Source: Camelus dromedarius (lineage: Eukaryota). Taken from it: a stretch of 64,000 bases of DNA. Every line of letters starts with the position of its first letter. Positions within the stretch are counted from its first letter, which is position 1. Location of the stretch: the NCBI RefSeq assembly GCF_036321535.1, contig NC_087445.1, forward strand, positions 78,616,001 through 78,680,000. Direction: 5' to 3'. Below the pieces are notes generated by a model. The model saw nothing but the letters and a program-made list of their open reading frames with translations. It was not told where the DNA came from and did not search any database. A program made the translations under genes and the position numbers. Shown here in pieces: positions 1 through 13,821 of this stretch.

Positions 1-1159
1 CGCTGAAATACCAGCCACACTGTGGTGCCCTTGCATTTCATATACGCCAGGACTGGGCCCCACGGGAGGGGAAACTGCTGTCTGGATGTAGAGAAGACAG
101 CGAGGCCGGAGGAAACGCAGAGACTTGAAAGGACATTCCAGGGACGACCCATCCTTTGAACTGCCAGTTCTTCCCCACCCGCTGCAGAACAGAACGAGCA
201 TGAGGTTTAGGAGGTCAACACCTGTCTGTTATCTTTGGTTTGCCTGGGATTTCCAGACCCCAGAGGGAGGCACAGAAGCCCCAGGGGGAGGCCAGGACGC
301 CCCCAGCAGCAGGGACGGAGGCAGCAGGCACGGGGTCCACGAGTTTATTAGCCCCCATCAGAGTGTCCCTGGCAGAAGTGCCAACAACAAGTCACTTCTT
401 GGCAAACAGCATCTCCCCTTTTCACAGAGGTGGCTGAGGAAACAGCCTTACCTCTGCTGCTGGCCACATCCAGCCAGACCCCAGGCTCCTGCAGCCCGAA
501 CCCCCCTAGGGGCTCTCTTCCTGGCTCCCTGACCGCTTGCTCCCCTGCCTGCTCCGCGCTGCTTGCCTGGCCGGCCACCGACTGTAGCAGCCCAGCTCCC
601 GCACAGACTCTCCGACCCCCAAGTGCAGGGCCAGGTGCCAGGTGCACACGCTGGCCACGCCAGGAAGACCCAGCTCCGCCAACACAGCGTCCATTTCTGC
701 CTCTGCTGGTGTGGTTCCTGAGGGCGGAGTGTGGGTCCTGCAAGCCTGACCTAGAAGCCAGAATAGGGGGTGCAGGACAGCAGAGAGAGGGGCTGCTAGG
801 AGCTAACCTGGAGGCAGGGAAGGAAATGTCACTGGGTTGCACAGCCAGCAGCAGAGGGCCCCTTTTCTCTGGTTTTCCTGCAGCTTCTGTGGGAAATCCC
901 CCCACCCTCTGTCTCTTTCCCAGTGACCTCTGACATCAGAACCCTCTGTCTGAAGTACAGCCAAAGGGGGTTCTATTGCCAGCCTCTGATAGTTCTTCCT
1001 TAGCCTATAAGGAAGGCCCGGGGAGCCTCTGGCTCTGGCCAAGGAGGAGAGGGTCAGATGGTAGGTACATCCCACCCAACTGCTGCCCCAGTTACAAAGA
1101 GACCTGGACCCAGCTCTCAGGAGACTCAGAGGTGTGCAGAGGGAAGAGCCCATGACCCT

Positions 1160-1790
1160 GAAGACAGAGCAAAAGAAACTTCGATCTGAGCGTCAGAGGG
1201 AGGAAGAAAGATTTTTTAGTTGAACAATGTCCCAGAGGCCTTTGGGACGGTAACGGAAGGTCTAACAGTTGATTAACTGGATCTCCAGGAGAGGAGGAAG
1301 AGCACAGGGCTGAAAGAGCAACTGAAGAAGCGAAAGCTGAAACCTTCCCACGTTTGGCAGAAGACGTAAAACCACGGATTCAAGAAGATGGGCAAGCTCC
1401 AACCAAGACAAGCCCAAGCAGATTCGTGCCGTACACTCCAAACCAAACTGAAAACAAGGAAAACTCCTGAACACAGCCAGACAGAGAGGACGCACTACTC
1501 ACTGGGGACAATTCAAGGGTCTGGACTTCTCGTTAGAAGCGATGGGGCCAGAAGGAAGGGGCACAAAATGTTTAAAGTGATGAAATAAAAGTCAGAACTG
1601 CACATCTAGCCAAAAATCTCCTTCAGGATGAAGGTGCAGTGAAGACAGTCTCAGAAGAAGGGAAACTAAGAGAACTGGCAACCGGCAGACCTGCTCCAAG
1701 AGGGCTATTATTAGGAACGTCTTCAGACAGAAGGGAAGTGATGCCAGGAGGATGCCTGGGACTGGAACGAAGGAAGAGTTTAAATGTCAT
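1160..1790 (+). mobile_element. Old L1M ORF1 relic
   Basis: A-rich degenerate ORF1-like sequence, recognised from recalled consensus. Confidence 0.6.
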
Positions 1791-1920
1791 GTTTGACCCA
1801 TGAAAGCAGAAGTTCTAACTCTGTGTGAGGGGTTTTCCACACAAGTGGAGTTCCGGGCAGTGGGCGGGGCTCCAGCCCTGGGGTGGGCGGGGCTCCCAGG
1901 GGCCAGGCCTGCGAACGCAC

Positions 1921-1990
1921 CTGTCACAGTTCCCTGCTGGAGGCTGCCCAGGATCTTCTCACCCAGGAGATGAATCAGCCGAGTCACAAC
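1921..1990 (-). CDS. PNPLA7: PNPLA7 coding exon 20 ([23 protein letters not shown])
   Basis: 70 nt, phase 0-1, CAG/GTGCGT boundaries; the next exon was not found in 1-1920. Confidence 0.96.
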
Positions 1991-3239
1991 CTGCGGGCAG
2001 AGAAAAAACAGACCTCAACCACACTTTAAACCAAGATGCGGAGCTCCTTGGACCCATGTTTTCAAAACTGCCAGGGCTGTAAGCCGCCATCTGGCCTCAG
2101 GCAGCTGTGCAGGGCACATGGCCTACGACCTTGGCCCAGCCTGGCCTCTCCTCTCACTTCCAGGGCAGGACAACACTGGGGAGCTATGACCACTACAGGC
2201 AAGACCGCTGTCGGGCAGGCCAGGAGGGGCAGCCCCAGAGCCACAGTCATCATGTGCCTGGCTGGACATGGGCTGGTATTATATGATATCCAAGAAGCAT
2301 TACATTTAAAAAATAATAATGCTATTTACTTACATTAATTCTAAATTTAGAGTTGTAGACTGAAGTATTTAAGGTTGGAATGCCAAAATATCTGTAACTT
2401 ACTTTTAAATGCTTTTGCATAAAAATAAAGTGAGTTAAAAAGATTTTCAGTTGCTAAGGTTTACAGGATGACTAGAATGTCCTGGAGGGGAAGCCTGCTA
2501 CCGTGGCTCTTACACATAGTGCAAGGTTGTTCTGAAAAGAGAAGCTGCCATTAGCTTCAGAAAACCCTAAATATCCAGGAAAGCAACAGGAAAACACTGA
2601 CAAGGTAATTTTAATACCAGGCAGAAGCTCCCCTCCCTGGGCTCCACCTGCCCAAGCCTCAGCCTCCAGTCCACTTCCTAGCCATCCCAGCCGAGAGCTC
2701 TGGGGTGGAGTCTGAAAAGAGCGTGGTGTGAGACCTCACGCTACAGTAACCAGTGTCCCCAGGCCCCACCGGCTAGCCTCCACCTGCAAGCCAACTTGGA
2801 GACCCTCTCCTACCCTCAGGACGCTGCAGTCGAAGACCCAGGGAAGATGCAAGTGAAACTGTCCAAATTTTAGGATGTGAGGTGGAACGCAATTTGAGCA
2901 GAGTGGTCCAAAACAGAAACTGAGGAGCAGTCTGGTTTATATACAGCTAATCTAGCATCACACTATTAATTGGAACTAATTTAACAAACTACACATTTCA
3001 TTATGGAAAACGTCAGACATACACGAAGTGAGGGGAGAGTGCCTCCCCATCACCCAGCTCCAACCTTCTTAGTTCACACACCCTCCCCAATTGTGAAGAC
3101 AACTCCAAACAGCATTTTACCCACTGACGTTTGAATTTGTGTCTCTAAAAGATAAAAACCTTCAAAACCACAACGATATAATTATCACAATTACAAATTA
3201 ACAATAATTCTAAGTTAAAGCTAATTTAAAAAGTGATCA

Positions 3240-3760
3240 TTTCCGTATCAAGTGAAAAAGGTTCGAAACAGGCGAATAAAACACATGAAAAGGTGCTCGT
3301 CGCCTGCGGACATCAGGGAGATGCACATTCTAGCCACAGTGGGGCACCACTTCCTACCAAGAGAGCTGCGCATCTCAAAGACTAAAGCCTACAGGAAAGC
3401 TGGCTGGCAGTTTCTTAAGAAGGTAAACCACACTGTGACCCAGCAATTCTACTCTCAGGTAGCTACTGAGAGAAATTTTAAATGTCCCATAAAAACATTC
3501 ACATAAGAACATTTTTAGCCTTTTCACAGCAGCCTCAAACTGGAAACCCAAATACCCATCAACAGGAGAATGGATGAAGGAATTGGGGTGGCAACAAAAG
3601 AATGGGCTAACGAACACGGAACAATGTGGACCCCTCAGTACCGAGCCAAGTGCTGCGTTCTGTGTGCTTTCACTTACACAAAATCCAGGGAAGACAGGAA
3701 GTGGACAGTGATTGTTGAGGATGGGTGTGTGGCTGGCGGGGCACTTGTAGGTGAACACGC
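3240..3760 (+). mobile_element. Old L1M ORF2 3' end / 3'UTR relic
   Basis: HMKRCSS...IREM peptide; GACCCAGCAATTCTACTC and CCCATCAACAGGAGAATGGAT motifs. Confidence 0.7.
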
Positions 3761-5576
3761 ATGACATCCCAGAGCAGTCGGGCCTGGTTGCTCTGAGCAT
3801 GTACCCCACATGCACTGGGGGCCATCGGGCAGCCCAGTGGCAAGCATCTAGCTGTGTGACAGTGCAGCAGCAGCAGGGCTGGCCTGGGCGCCCATGGGCA
3901 GCACAAGTTGGGGCCTGACCCTGCAAGACCCCCGCTGCACTGACACTTGTCAGCTCATACTGCAGCCAGGAGCTGCCATGCAACTTGTCAACAGGAGGAA
4001 GCCAGACGCAGGCTTGCTTCCCAATGGTCAGCATGGGTGCTGGCATGTGCTGAGAGTGGACAGCCTCGCCCACTCTAAGGCTGACTCCCCTAAAGGGTGG
4101 GGAGACCCAGCCCCACACTATGTGGACAGAAAAGTGCCAAGGCAGAAGGCGGGAAGCAGAAAGCCTGGAAGGTTGGAGCTGAGGAGGTGGGGAGGGTCTG
4201 GGGACCCCCAGGGGTATGGGTGTGAGCAGAGGGTCCTTCTGTGAGCCCACCAGGGGCAGTTCTGGAAGAGGCAGCAGATGAGAGCACAGCTGCCCTCTGT
4301 TCCCAGCGTGAGTGCCTGACAGCAGGGCTCACTTCAGCAGACCAGACACCTGGTGTGACTGGCCTTTCCTGTCCCCGTCTGAGGATTTTCAAACTGTCTG
4401 ACCCTGAGAACATCATCCAGCACCAGAGACCAGTAATGACGGTGGGCCCCACCATGCACCCCACACCGTACCACCCAGAGCTGCTGGCAGGACAGCCACG
4501 CAGCGAGCAGCAGCCTTGAAGGGGCAGCTGGGAGGTGTTTCCTGATAAGGAGGGCATTGCCTCTAGGACACGCCAGCCCCTAGCTGGAGCTGGGCTTCCC
4601 AGGCAGAACACCACCCCGAAGCTCCGGGTGGCCCATGTGCAGGCCCTGGTCCACAAGGGCTCTGCCATCCACCGGCTCTCCTGGTGCTTAAATGGCCGGT
4701 AGCAGGGCCCTCAGATTCGCATCCCGGTTACCTCACAAGCCCAGGCTGGTAGGAGTGCTCGCTGCAGAGGTGGACGGGGCAGCCCCCCTCGGGGGAGTCC
4801 CAGGAGGGTGGGGGCCATGTGGCCCAGGGCTGGCAGGTTATGAGACTGAAGTGACAGGGCTGTGAGGGGACAGCCTAGGGTGTCTGTTCAGGGGTGGTGA
4901 CAGTGACAGTCTGCAGCAGAGGGTGGCCCTGAGGGCCGATGGGCGCAAGCGTCTTCACTGCTGGAGGGGAGATGCTGACTTGGAAAGGGAAGGTGTTGGA
5001 GCCCGAGCGTGGGCCCACTGGGCGGCCCAGCTCTAGCCCCACCAGAGGGGCCCAGGATCCAGGCAGCATGAGCACATCAGAAGGACTCCGAGGGTCACTA
5101 GCATCCAAATTGAGATGACGGTAAAGGCTCACAACAGGAATGGAAAGAAGACTCTTCAGTCGACACCGACACACGAAGTGAAAGAAGGGTTGGGAGCCTG
5201 AGCCGGGCGCCTATGACTAGGCCCAGCAACACAAGGGGCGGCCCTGGTTCTGCCACTGCCTGGTGCCTGTGCAGAGCCAGGGCCACTGCGGACCGACCCC
5301 ACGGCCTCCCCAGGGAGGGCGCCCTACACCTTCACCTGGCTTCCAATGGGAAAGACAAGCCCTGGAAGGGGCCTGGGCTCCCCCAGCCCCAGGACGGCGC
5401 GGCCTCCATGCTGCGTCTGGCTTCTCTTCCCCACAGCCTTGCTCTGAATGACTCTGCTGGTTTACCTGGTGTCAGGGGGTGGACTTCCATTTCTACCTGC
5501 CACTCCACTTACTTCTCTTCCAAATCCTCATGTCAGTTCACTTGGAGTTTTCTCATAAAAGATACATGCTGTCTGC

Positions 5577-6865
5577 TAGAACACTCCCTTACACCATACA
5601 CAAAATTAAACTCAAAATGGATCAAAGATTTAAACATAAGACAAGATACAATAAACCTCCTAGAAGAAAATATAGGCAAAACATTATCTGACCTACATCT
5701 CAAAAATGTTCTCCTAGAACAGTCTACTCAAGCCATAGAAATAAAAGCGAGAATAAACAAATGGGACCTAACGAAACTTACAAGCTTCTGCACAGCAAAG
5801 GAAACCATAAGCAAAACAAAACGAAAACCTATGGAATGGGAGGAAATTTTTGCAAATGAAACCGACAAAGGCTCGATCTCCAGAATATATAAGCAGCTCA
5901 TATGACTTAACAAGAAAGAAACAAACAACCTCATCCAAAAATGGGCAGAAGNNNNNNNNNNNNNNNNNNNNNNNNNNNNNNNNNNNNNNNNNNNNNNNNN
6001 NNNNNNNNNNNNNNNNNNNNNNNNNNNNNNNNNNNNNNNNNNNNNNNNNNNNNNNNNNNNNNNNNNNNNNNNNNNNNNNNNNNNNNNNNNNNNNNNNNNN
6101 NNNNNNACCGACAAATGCTGCAGAGGCTGTGGAGAAAAGGGAACCCTCCTTCACTGCTGGTGGGAATGCAGTTTGGTGCAGCCACTGTGGAAAACAGTAT
6201 GGAGATTCCTCAAAAGACTAGGAACAGACTTATCGTATGACCCAGGAATCCCACTCCTGGGCATATATCCAGAAGGAACCCTACTTCAGGATNNNNNNNN
6301 NNNNNNNNNNNNNNNNNNNNNNNNNNNNNNNNNNNNNNNNNNNNNNNNNNNNNNNNNNNNNNNNNNNNNNNNNNNNNNNNNNNNNNNNNNNNNNNNNNNN
6401 NNNNNNNNNNNNNNNNNNNNNNNNNNNNNNNNNNNNNNNNNNNNNNNATTTGCAGCAACATGGGTGTCCCTGGAGACTGTCATTCTAAGTGAAGTAAGCC
6501 AGAAAGAGAAAGAAAAATACCATATGAGATGGCTCATATGTGGAATCTTAAAAAAAAACAAAAACAAAGTATAAATACAAAACAGAAATAGACTCATAGA
6601 CATAGAACACAGACTTGTGGTTGCCAAGGGGGCGGGGGGGTGGGAAGGGATAGACTGGGATTTTCAAAACTGTAGAATAGATAAACAAGATTATACTGTA
6701 TAGCACAGGGAAATATATACAAACTCTTATGGTAGCTCACAAAGAAAAAAATGTGACAATGAATATATATATGTTCATGTACAACTGAAAAATTGTGCTC
6801 TACACTGGAATCTGACACAATATTGTAAAATGACTATAACTCAATAAAAAAATGTTAAGAAAAAG
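5577..6865 (+). mobile_element. Young 5'-truncated L1 (copy 1), about 1.3 kb, with a 17-bp target-site duplication
   Basis: ORF2 C-terminal peptide ([19 protein letters not shown]), 3'UTR and A-tail. TSD AGATACATGCTGTCTGC at 5560-5576 and 6866-6882. N-runs at 5952-6106 and 6293-6447. Confidence 0.96.
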
Positions 6866-7734
6866 AGATACATGCTGTCTGCAAATGTAATTTCTACTCC
6901 TTTTCCAAATATATACACTTGTCTCATTTTTTTAACTTTCCATGTCAGCTGACAAGGAGGCTGGCTCTTCAGGACTTCGGTGGCTGGGAAGAAACAGTCT
7001 TTGTTATGTTTAAAAGGGTTCCTTTCACTCTTATTTAAAGTGTTTATTAGTAATGGTTGAATTTTGTGAGAGGCCTTAATATAATCATGAGGGTCTTCTT
7101 TAATTTTTTGCCATAATTAATTACATTTAATAACTTCCCAACACTGGTAACATCCCTTGATGGGCCCTAATCAGACACGTATTTATTATAGCTGATGTGC
7201 TAACGTTTGGAGTATCTCTAGTTATGGTACTAAGAGAAATGATTTAAAGTTTTCTGCATTATTTTTATCAAGTTTTGGTATTAAAGTCACATTCCTTCGT
7301 AAAATAAACTGGGGGCTGTTCATTTGTCCACAAGCAGCTTGTGAAGCTGGAGGAGGCCTGAGCCCTCAGAGCCGCCCGGCCAGTCCTGCCCTGGCAGCCA
7401 CTTGGCCGACTTGGTGCAGCAGCCACCCTGCCTCGCCCTTCCCCCTCCTGGGCTGCACGCCTGTCACTTAGAAGCAGGGAGGCAGCCGCCAGAAGGCCAG
7501 AGCAGGGCTGCCCAGGGAGAAATGCCCATCGCCAGATGGCACTGCTATCTGTGAGTGCGTCTGGGGCAGGGGAACCCTGCCCGACCCAACCCTGAGGCCC
7601 TGCCCCACGGGCTGCCCACGCCCACACAGTCCTGGAAGCTGGTCCTACTCCAGGTGTTCCTGTGGGAACCTCGCTCTGGCGCCCAGACCCCCAGTGTGGA
7701 CGTTCAGGCCCTCCCCCGCCAGACGCAGCCTCAC

Positions 7735-7848
7735 CTGCGGGTACCTGCGCTTGATGGACGTCAGGGCTCCTGCGGGGAGCTTGGCCAGCTCCGAGTCCCG
7801 GACAGCATGCACCGTGGTAGCTCTCGCCTGGTGGGTGAGCGTCTCCAC
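7735..7848 (-). CDS. PNPLA7: PNPLA7 coding exon 19 ([25 protein letters not shown]...RRYPQ)
   Basis: 114 nt, phase 0-0. Confidence 0.97.
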
Positions 7849-8197
7849 CTGGGGAGAGGAGCCGGCTGCTGGGGCCAGTGCAACCAGCACCTGAGGGCAG
7901 GGCCCATGCAGGTGATGGGCAGTGGGAGAAAACGGGGCTCACCCAGCACTCCTGTGCTGAAGGGGGAGGCGCCTGTGAGAACCGCAGGGCAGACAGGACA
8001 CGGCCTTGCCTGTGAGGGCCTCTAGGCTCTCAGAGGGATCACCTTGCCCAGGGGCCACTCCCCAGCCCCTACCCTGCCCACCCCGCATTCTTCCTGGGGG
8101 AGATCTTCGAGAAGTGACAACCCCCTGGGCCACCCCCAGACCCCTCAAAAGGCAGTGGCCCGTCTCCCTCCCCATGGCATGGTGGGGGCGGCCCTAC

Positions 8198-8321
8198 CAC
8201 TCCGACGAGGTCGCCCCGGCCATATTCCCCCGCCAGGCGCTTTTTGCCGTCATCCTTCCGGATCACGGAGCGCAGGCGGCCGCTGAGGACGATGTAGGTA
8301 CAGTCAGACTTGTCCCCCTGC
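8198..8321 (-). CDS. PNPLA7: PNPLA7 coding exon 18 ([19 protein letters not shown]...GRGDLVGV), cNMP domain 3
   Basis: 124 nt, phase 2-0. Confidence 0.97.
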
Positions 8322-8864
8322 CTGTGGGAAGGAGGCTGCTGGGGGCATGCAGGGCCCCAGCCAGAAGCCCTCAGAGGCAAAGCAGAAAAACAAAAGATCC
8401 CAAGGCATCAGAAAAAAAATTCAGTCTTCTCACTAAGTTTTTTTGCTTTGGAAAATAGTTGTTTTCCATTAAAAAATACGTACGCTAACACATAAAGGGT
8501 TTATTGTGATTTTTAAGTAAATGACTTTAAATAAAAAATTTAAAATTTTATTAGTTTTAGCTTTTAATAACATGAAAAATGACCGCTGCAACCCAGGTCT
8601 GTGTGATCTGGGCGAGTGTGAAACTCTGAATGCAGCCATTGTTACCATGTGGAACCAAGGACGCCCATCTGAGATGGCATTTAGCACATCAGAATGTGTT
8701 TCCATGTGAAAGGATGGCGTGGACCCGCGTGTATCCACGTAGAGACGCCCACGAACAAGCGAGTGTGCGTCAGTGTGGCGTGTGCACAGGAGGACCAGGA
8801 GGCCTGCTGCCCCGTAAAACAGCCCCGCCCTGAGCCCTGCCCGGATCTGCCCCGAGGGCTTCAC

Positions 8865-8996
8865 CTGTATATGGCGCGGCCAGCTTCCACTTCCACCCAG
8901 TCCAGGGCGAAGTCAATCTGCCGCACGAAGGAGGACACCCGCTTGACCATGGTGTGCGCCACACCCAGGACCACGTCCGGTTGCCTCCGCATGATG
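8865..8996 (-). CDS. PNPLA7: PNPLA7 coding exon 17 ([15 protein letters not shown]...EAGRAIY)
   Basis: 132 nt, phase 2-2; translated by hand because this frame is not in the ORF track. Confidence 0.96.
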
Positions 8997-10017
8997 CTGT
9001 GGGCACCCCAGCGTCACTCCAGGCCCTTCACTCCAGGCCGCGGCACCCCCACCCACACAGCCGGCGCCACAGACACTGGCCACGGGCCAGGGTGGGCACG
9101 GCGCCCAGTCAGCCAGCTGCCCCATCAAGCCCTGGAAGCCCAGTGACCAGTGGCTGTAGGAGGGCTTCTGGAGCCCCCGAGTACAGGCTACACAGAAGGC
9201 CCCCATCCTGGCGGTGGGTCAGAGCTCCAGCCTCCTCCCCACGATAGAACGTGAAGATGAGGGCGGGGGGTAGGAATGAGGGTGGCCAAGAGGTCAGATG
9301 CGGAGACCATGGGGCACGCAGCTGGGAAAGCTAGCACCTGGTGTGATGGAAGTCACTGGCGGGCTTGGGGCGGGGGCACCACCCATCCGTCTCCCATCTG
9401 CTGTATGAGAACAGGGCTGAGGGTGAGGAGATAGCAGGGGACCCACTACACTGTGGAGGCTTCCAGAAGGCAGTGGCAGGCAAGTGGTCGGCTCGTGGGC
9501 TGAGGTCTGGCTGGATGGGGCGAGGGAGGGTGTGGAGCCTGGGTGACCTGGGACTCGGCCGAGCCTGAGCAGGTAACTAAATCGGGAGCAGGAACACGTG
9601 GAAAATCTAAAGTTCTGCTTCGGACGACAGAGAGTGAGACCCCGGAGACATCCCAGGGGGACGTCCAGGACAGCAGCCCCCACGAGCCTGAACTCCGAAG
9701 GGAAGTTTGGGGGAAGAAGGGCATTTGGTGCATAAGCCCCGGGTTGGGTGAGGTCCCTCAGGTCAACACCCAGACCACGTCTGCAGGATGGGGGCTGCCA
9801 ATGTCAGGGGACTCGCACTGTCTGCACACACAAGGACATATGCAGACAGGCATGCGCACACACATGCACACAGACGTGCACTCATGGACGCACCATATGG
9901 ACACAAAAGCAGACACAATCACAAGCACACCCCGGACAGACATGTGCCACACAGGTGAGCTCCAAGGGCCTCACAGGAGCCCCACAGGAGCCGGGTGGCC
10001 GGCGGGCAGGGACTCAC

Positions 10018-10223
10018 TCGTAGAAGTGGGCCTTGGAGATGGAGAGGAAGCTGCAGTCGCGGTTGGCCTTGATGGTGAAGATGAGGGGCTCGCCTGTGAG
10101 CACAGCCAGCTGGCCCACCATCTCACCCGGGCGCGTGACGAACAGGCATGTGTCCTCCTCGCTGTCGATCTTTCGCTGGTACACATGCAGCAGCCCCGAG
10201 ACCACGAAGAGGATGTTCACGTC
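10018..10223 (-). CDS. PNPLA7: PNPLA7 coding exon 16 ([18 protein letters not shown]...SKAHFY)
   Basis: 206 nt, phase 0-2, CAG/GTGAGT boundaries. Confidence 0.97.
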
Positions 10224-11110
10224 CTGACAGGATGGCCCGGCGGTCAGCCTAGCCGCCCCACCCCGCCCCGCCCCCCATCTCCTGGACAGCCCGGGCGCCA
10301 ACTCGATGGAGACAGTTCAGCAGCATCTACACGTTAGTCACTCAGCTGTCACTTTGTTAGCGGGTGCTCCGCGGTAAGCCCAGCCTGGGAGGCCCTGCAT
10401 GTTTGGCTGTTCCGCACAGATGTGCCATCGGCTCGGCCACAGGGGTGAATGCGGGCCCTCTCCCTGCAGGGTGGCCGCCCCCAGCCGAGCAGCGATGCTC
10501 CGCAGGAGAGTCTGTCCAGGAGTGGGGGCCCCAGGTCCATCTGCTCGCCCAAAAAGAAAGGCCTTTCTCCCCACAGCTGCTCTCCGACCTGCCCCGTGCT
10601 AGTGCGGGGCTGGAGAGAAGGCAGCCCTCACCAGCGGAGAACCCCAAGAGATGTGATCCCAGGAGCCAGAGCTGGTGGACGCGACTCTGCCAGCCCAGCA
10701 GACCAGGACTCTCAGAACAAGCAATTTCGTTCATTTATGACAAACAAAATTAGTTTTCCTCTGTACTGGGTTTGAGGACCAAGCAAGCAAAAGTATTCCT
10801 TCTGCACCTGACTCGTGAGGTCAGCGACAATGGCCGTGAACGTGCCCGTGAACATGGCCTGTGTGGGTGTGGATATGCCCCCCGCCCCCCACAGCAAGAG
10901 GGCAGGCTCAGTGGCACTCAGCACACCCACAGACATCTTCACAAGCCTGAGGGAGAGAGCTGGCCCGGGACAGTGACAGCAGACCCCACGTCATGTCCTC
11001 TGGCTGCCCAGGCTGGACCATGCTGGGGCCACCTTCTCCCAGCTCCGTCCAGCGCCAGCTGCAGCCCCAGGCGGCCCTGGTGACCACTCGGGGGGCAGCC
11101 AAAAGCTCAC

Positions 11111-11188
11111 CTGGTCCCCTTGCCTCGACACCACCGTGCCTGCTGGGACATGGAGTAGTGTCACTCGGCCATCCAACAGCGAAGGGTC
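11111..11188 (-). CDS. PNPLA7: PNPLA7 coding exon 15 ([26 protein letters not shown]), cNMP domain 2
   Basis: 78 nt, TAG/GTGAGC boundaries. Confidence 0.97.
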
Positions 11189-13109
11189 CTAGAAACAGAC
11201 ACGCGGAGTCAAGACGAGGAGCACAGAGAGCCCACATGAGGCAGACGGCCCTGGCCACAGGGCACAGCCAGCCCTCGAGGACCGCCCACAGAGACAGGCC
11301 TGGAGGACGCCGGGCACTCTGCAAAGCCACCGGCATCAAACTGACATCCACACAGAACAGACAACAGCAGTGGGCCGAGCAGAACATCAGAAATGTGCAG
11401 CAGCCTTTTTGTGAATTTATGTAAGAGAGAGGATTTCATTTTAGCGAGGAAGGTGATTTATTTAATGACGCATGCTGGCCTACTTGGCAAGAGCCCTGGG
11501 CAGGACCTCCTTCGCCCTACGACCTACACTCCTCACGCCGGGGGGGGCTTGTGGGGAGAGAGGCCCTGGAAGTGAGCACCACGTCATGACACCTGCCAGG
11601 GTGTGGAAACACCCGCTTGTCTGGAGCCACAGTTCACAGTGACGGCAGAACAAGAATGTGGAGAAAAGTCCCCTCTGGAAGATGACAGGGACCAAAGCAT
11701 TAATCTCGACCTCGCAAACCCCAAGGATGCATGGCTCTCAGCCTGGGCGGCAGGCGGCTAGCACCCTGCAGAGAAGGACAGATGTCTGGTGCCTCCCGAC
11801 CTCCCAACCAACTGTGAGACCCATGCCCTGGCCCCCAGACCCAGAGGAGAGGAGGGGAGGGGGCCAGGCAGAGTCCCACCCAGCTGTCAGACCTCAGGGC
11901 CAGCAGAGATGCCACGGCCTCCCGGGGCTTTAGAGAGGAGACTGGAAGACCCATCAACCAGGCAGGGTGGGGACCCCGACTTGCAAGGCAGCTGGAGCGC
12001 GCAGGGGACTCAACAGAGACACTAAAGAGTCACTACCACACCTTTAGGAGCGAAATGGCACTGTGGTCACATTTAAAAACAGCCCGTGTCTTCTGGAGAA
12101 GTACTGAGAACTGTGCTGAAGACACTGAAACGAAGGGCTCACACATAGGGTGGGTCCCAGGGGCACAGACAGAACCGGATGGGCTGGGGCTCAGCAGGAC
12201 TTTGCTGGGTGAAGGGCCCTTACCTTCACTACATCTTCCATCTGCTTTGCTTGTGCCTGAGTTTTTCCATGGTAAGAGTTTTTTAGAAAGAAAGGCTTAA
12301 GAAAGAGACCACAGTAGCAACGTGCAACTCATTCAGACCCTGATCTGCACACCAGGAAAAAGAGACTCCTAAAATGACTCACAGGCTCCCCGCTTCCAGC
12401 CCAGCAGCGAGGAGCTGGGAAGTCACCACTCACCCTAACAAGGAAAAGGCTGAAAAACTGAGAAACCCACAGCTCTTCTTAGGCCCACACGGGAAGCGCA
12501 GTCACCGCGGCCCCCAGTGGAAGGTACGGGGCACCTCCGCCTGGTGGAGCCCACAAAGGGCAGCCCCCATGGGAGCTGGTGCTGGGGCAGGAGGGCAGAC
12601 CTGATGGACAGGCTGCTGGAGCCTCAGTTGCAGAGTCTGAGAGAAGAAGTTCCACGGGTGCAGTCACAGGGCCCTCGGTGCTGTGAGATTTACCTCCAGG
12701 AGTTCACCCAGGTTGCCATGGTCAATACTGGAGAAAAACTCCCCTGGGCCTCTGGTCAGGGAGTCGGGGAGGAAAGGGAACCATCCTGAACCGGCCAACA
12801 AGGCTTGCTCTCGGGGACACTGGCTAACCACAGCCTGACCTACTGGGGTTTTGCCTGAGCCCTGCTGGCCTAGGGGGAGAAACACCCAGCTGCAGTCCAC
12901 TCTCGCCACTCATCCCGCTCACAGGCCAGGACCAAAAGAGGAGCCCTGGTGAGGGTCGCAGGCCAGGGGCACAGGCTCCCCAGTGGCTGAGACCCCCGCC
13001 TCGGACCACAGAGCGGGCCCCCCTCCACCTCACCACCACATCACTAAGGCCCATCTACTGCAGGTCCTTTGACCAGACACGCCATGTCCAGTTATCAGGA
13101 AAGCCTGCA

Positions 13110-13821
13110 AGGCACCCTAAAGGCAAAAACCACCTGAAGAGACGTGACAAGCATTACAATCAGACACGGAAGGGGTGCCTGAATGCAGAGTAACTACGGT
13201 GCACACGCTAAGGCTCCGGCGGACAAAGCAGACAGGTGCAAAAAGACGAACCCTGCGAGCAGAGAGGCACCGCTGTGAGAGAGAGCCAAAAGCAGAGGCC
13301 AGAGACCAGCAACACCCCAACAGAAACGAAGGAGCCTTCGACGAGCTGAGGGAAGATGGGGCACAGCTCAGGGAGCGTCCCTGCACCTGAAGACACAGCA
13401 ACAGAAATGCACACAGAAGACTTTCGGGGGACAGAGGCCTGCGGGCCACCTGCAAACAGCGTGGCACGAGCCCGCAGGCACACGGAAGGGGAAGAAGGAC
13501 GTGGCACAAGAAATGTCCACAGTAGCACTCACAGAAACTGATGTCAGACCAAACCACAGAGCCAGGAAGCACAGAGAACACCAAGCAGGACAAATGCTGA
13601 GAAAACGACCTCTGCATATCATATTCAAATTACAGAAAATCAAAGACAAAAAAAACCCTGAAGAAAGCCAGCGGCAGCAATTTATCTACAGAGGGACGAA
13701 GACAAGAGTGACACCCACCCTCTCAGAAACCATGCGGGCAGGAAGAGCATGGTGAAGTGCTGAGAGGAAAGCCCTTCAGCCTGGAATTCTGCACCCTGTG
13801 CAGTCATTCTTCTGAAGGAGG
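13110..13821 (+). mobile_element. Old L1M ORF1 relic, left half; continues at 16206-16420 after the young L1
   Basis: Degenerate HIIFKLQKIKDK...TLSETMRAGRAW-like translation; the right half resumes with the ORF1 C-terminal region (ACTTTCTCAAACAAAAACTGAGGG). Confidence 0.7.

Noticed and set aside
9543-10337. 264-aa antisense ORF; also 3375-4250, 57628-58491 and 61406-62278
   Set aside because: Antisense shadows of exons or GC-rich introns and repeats, with no domain, splice or promoter support.
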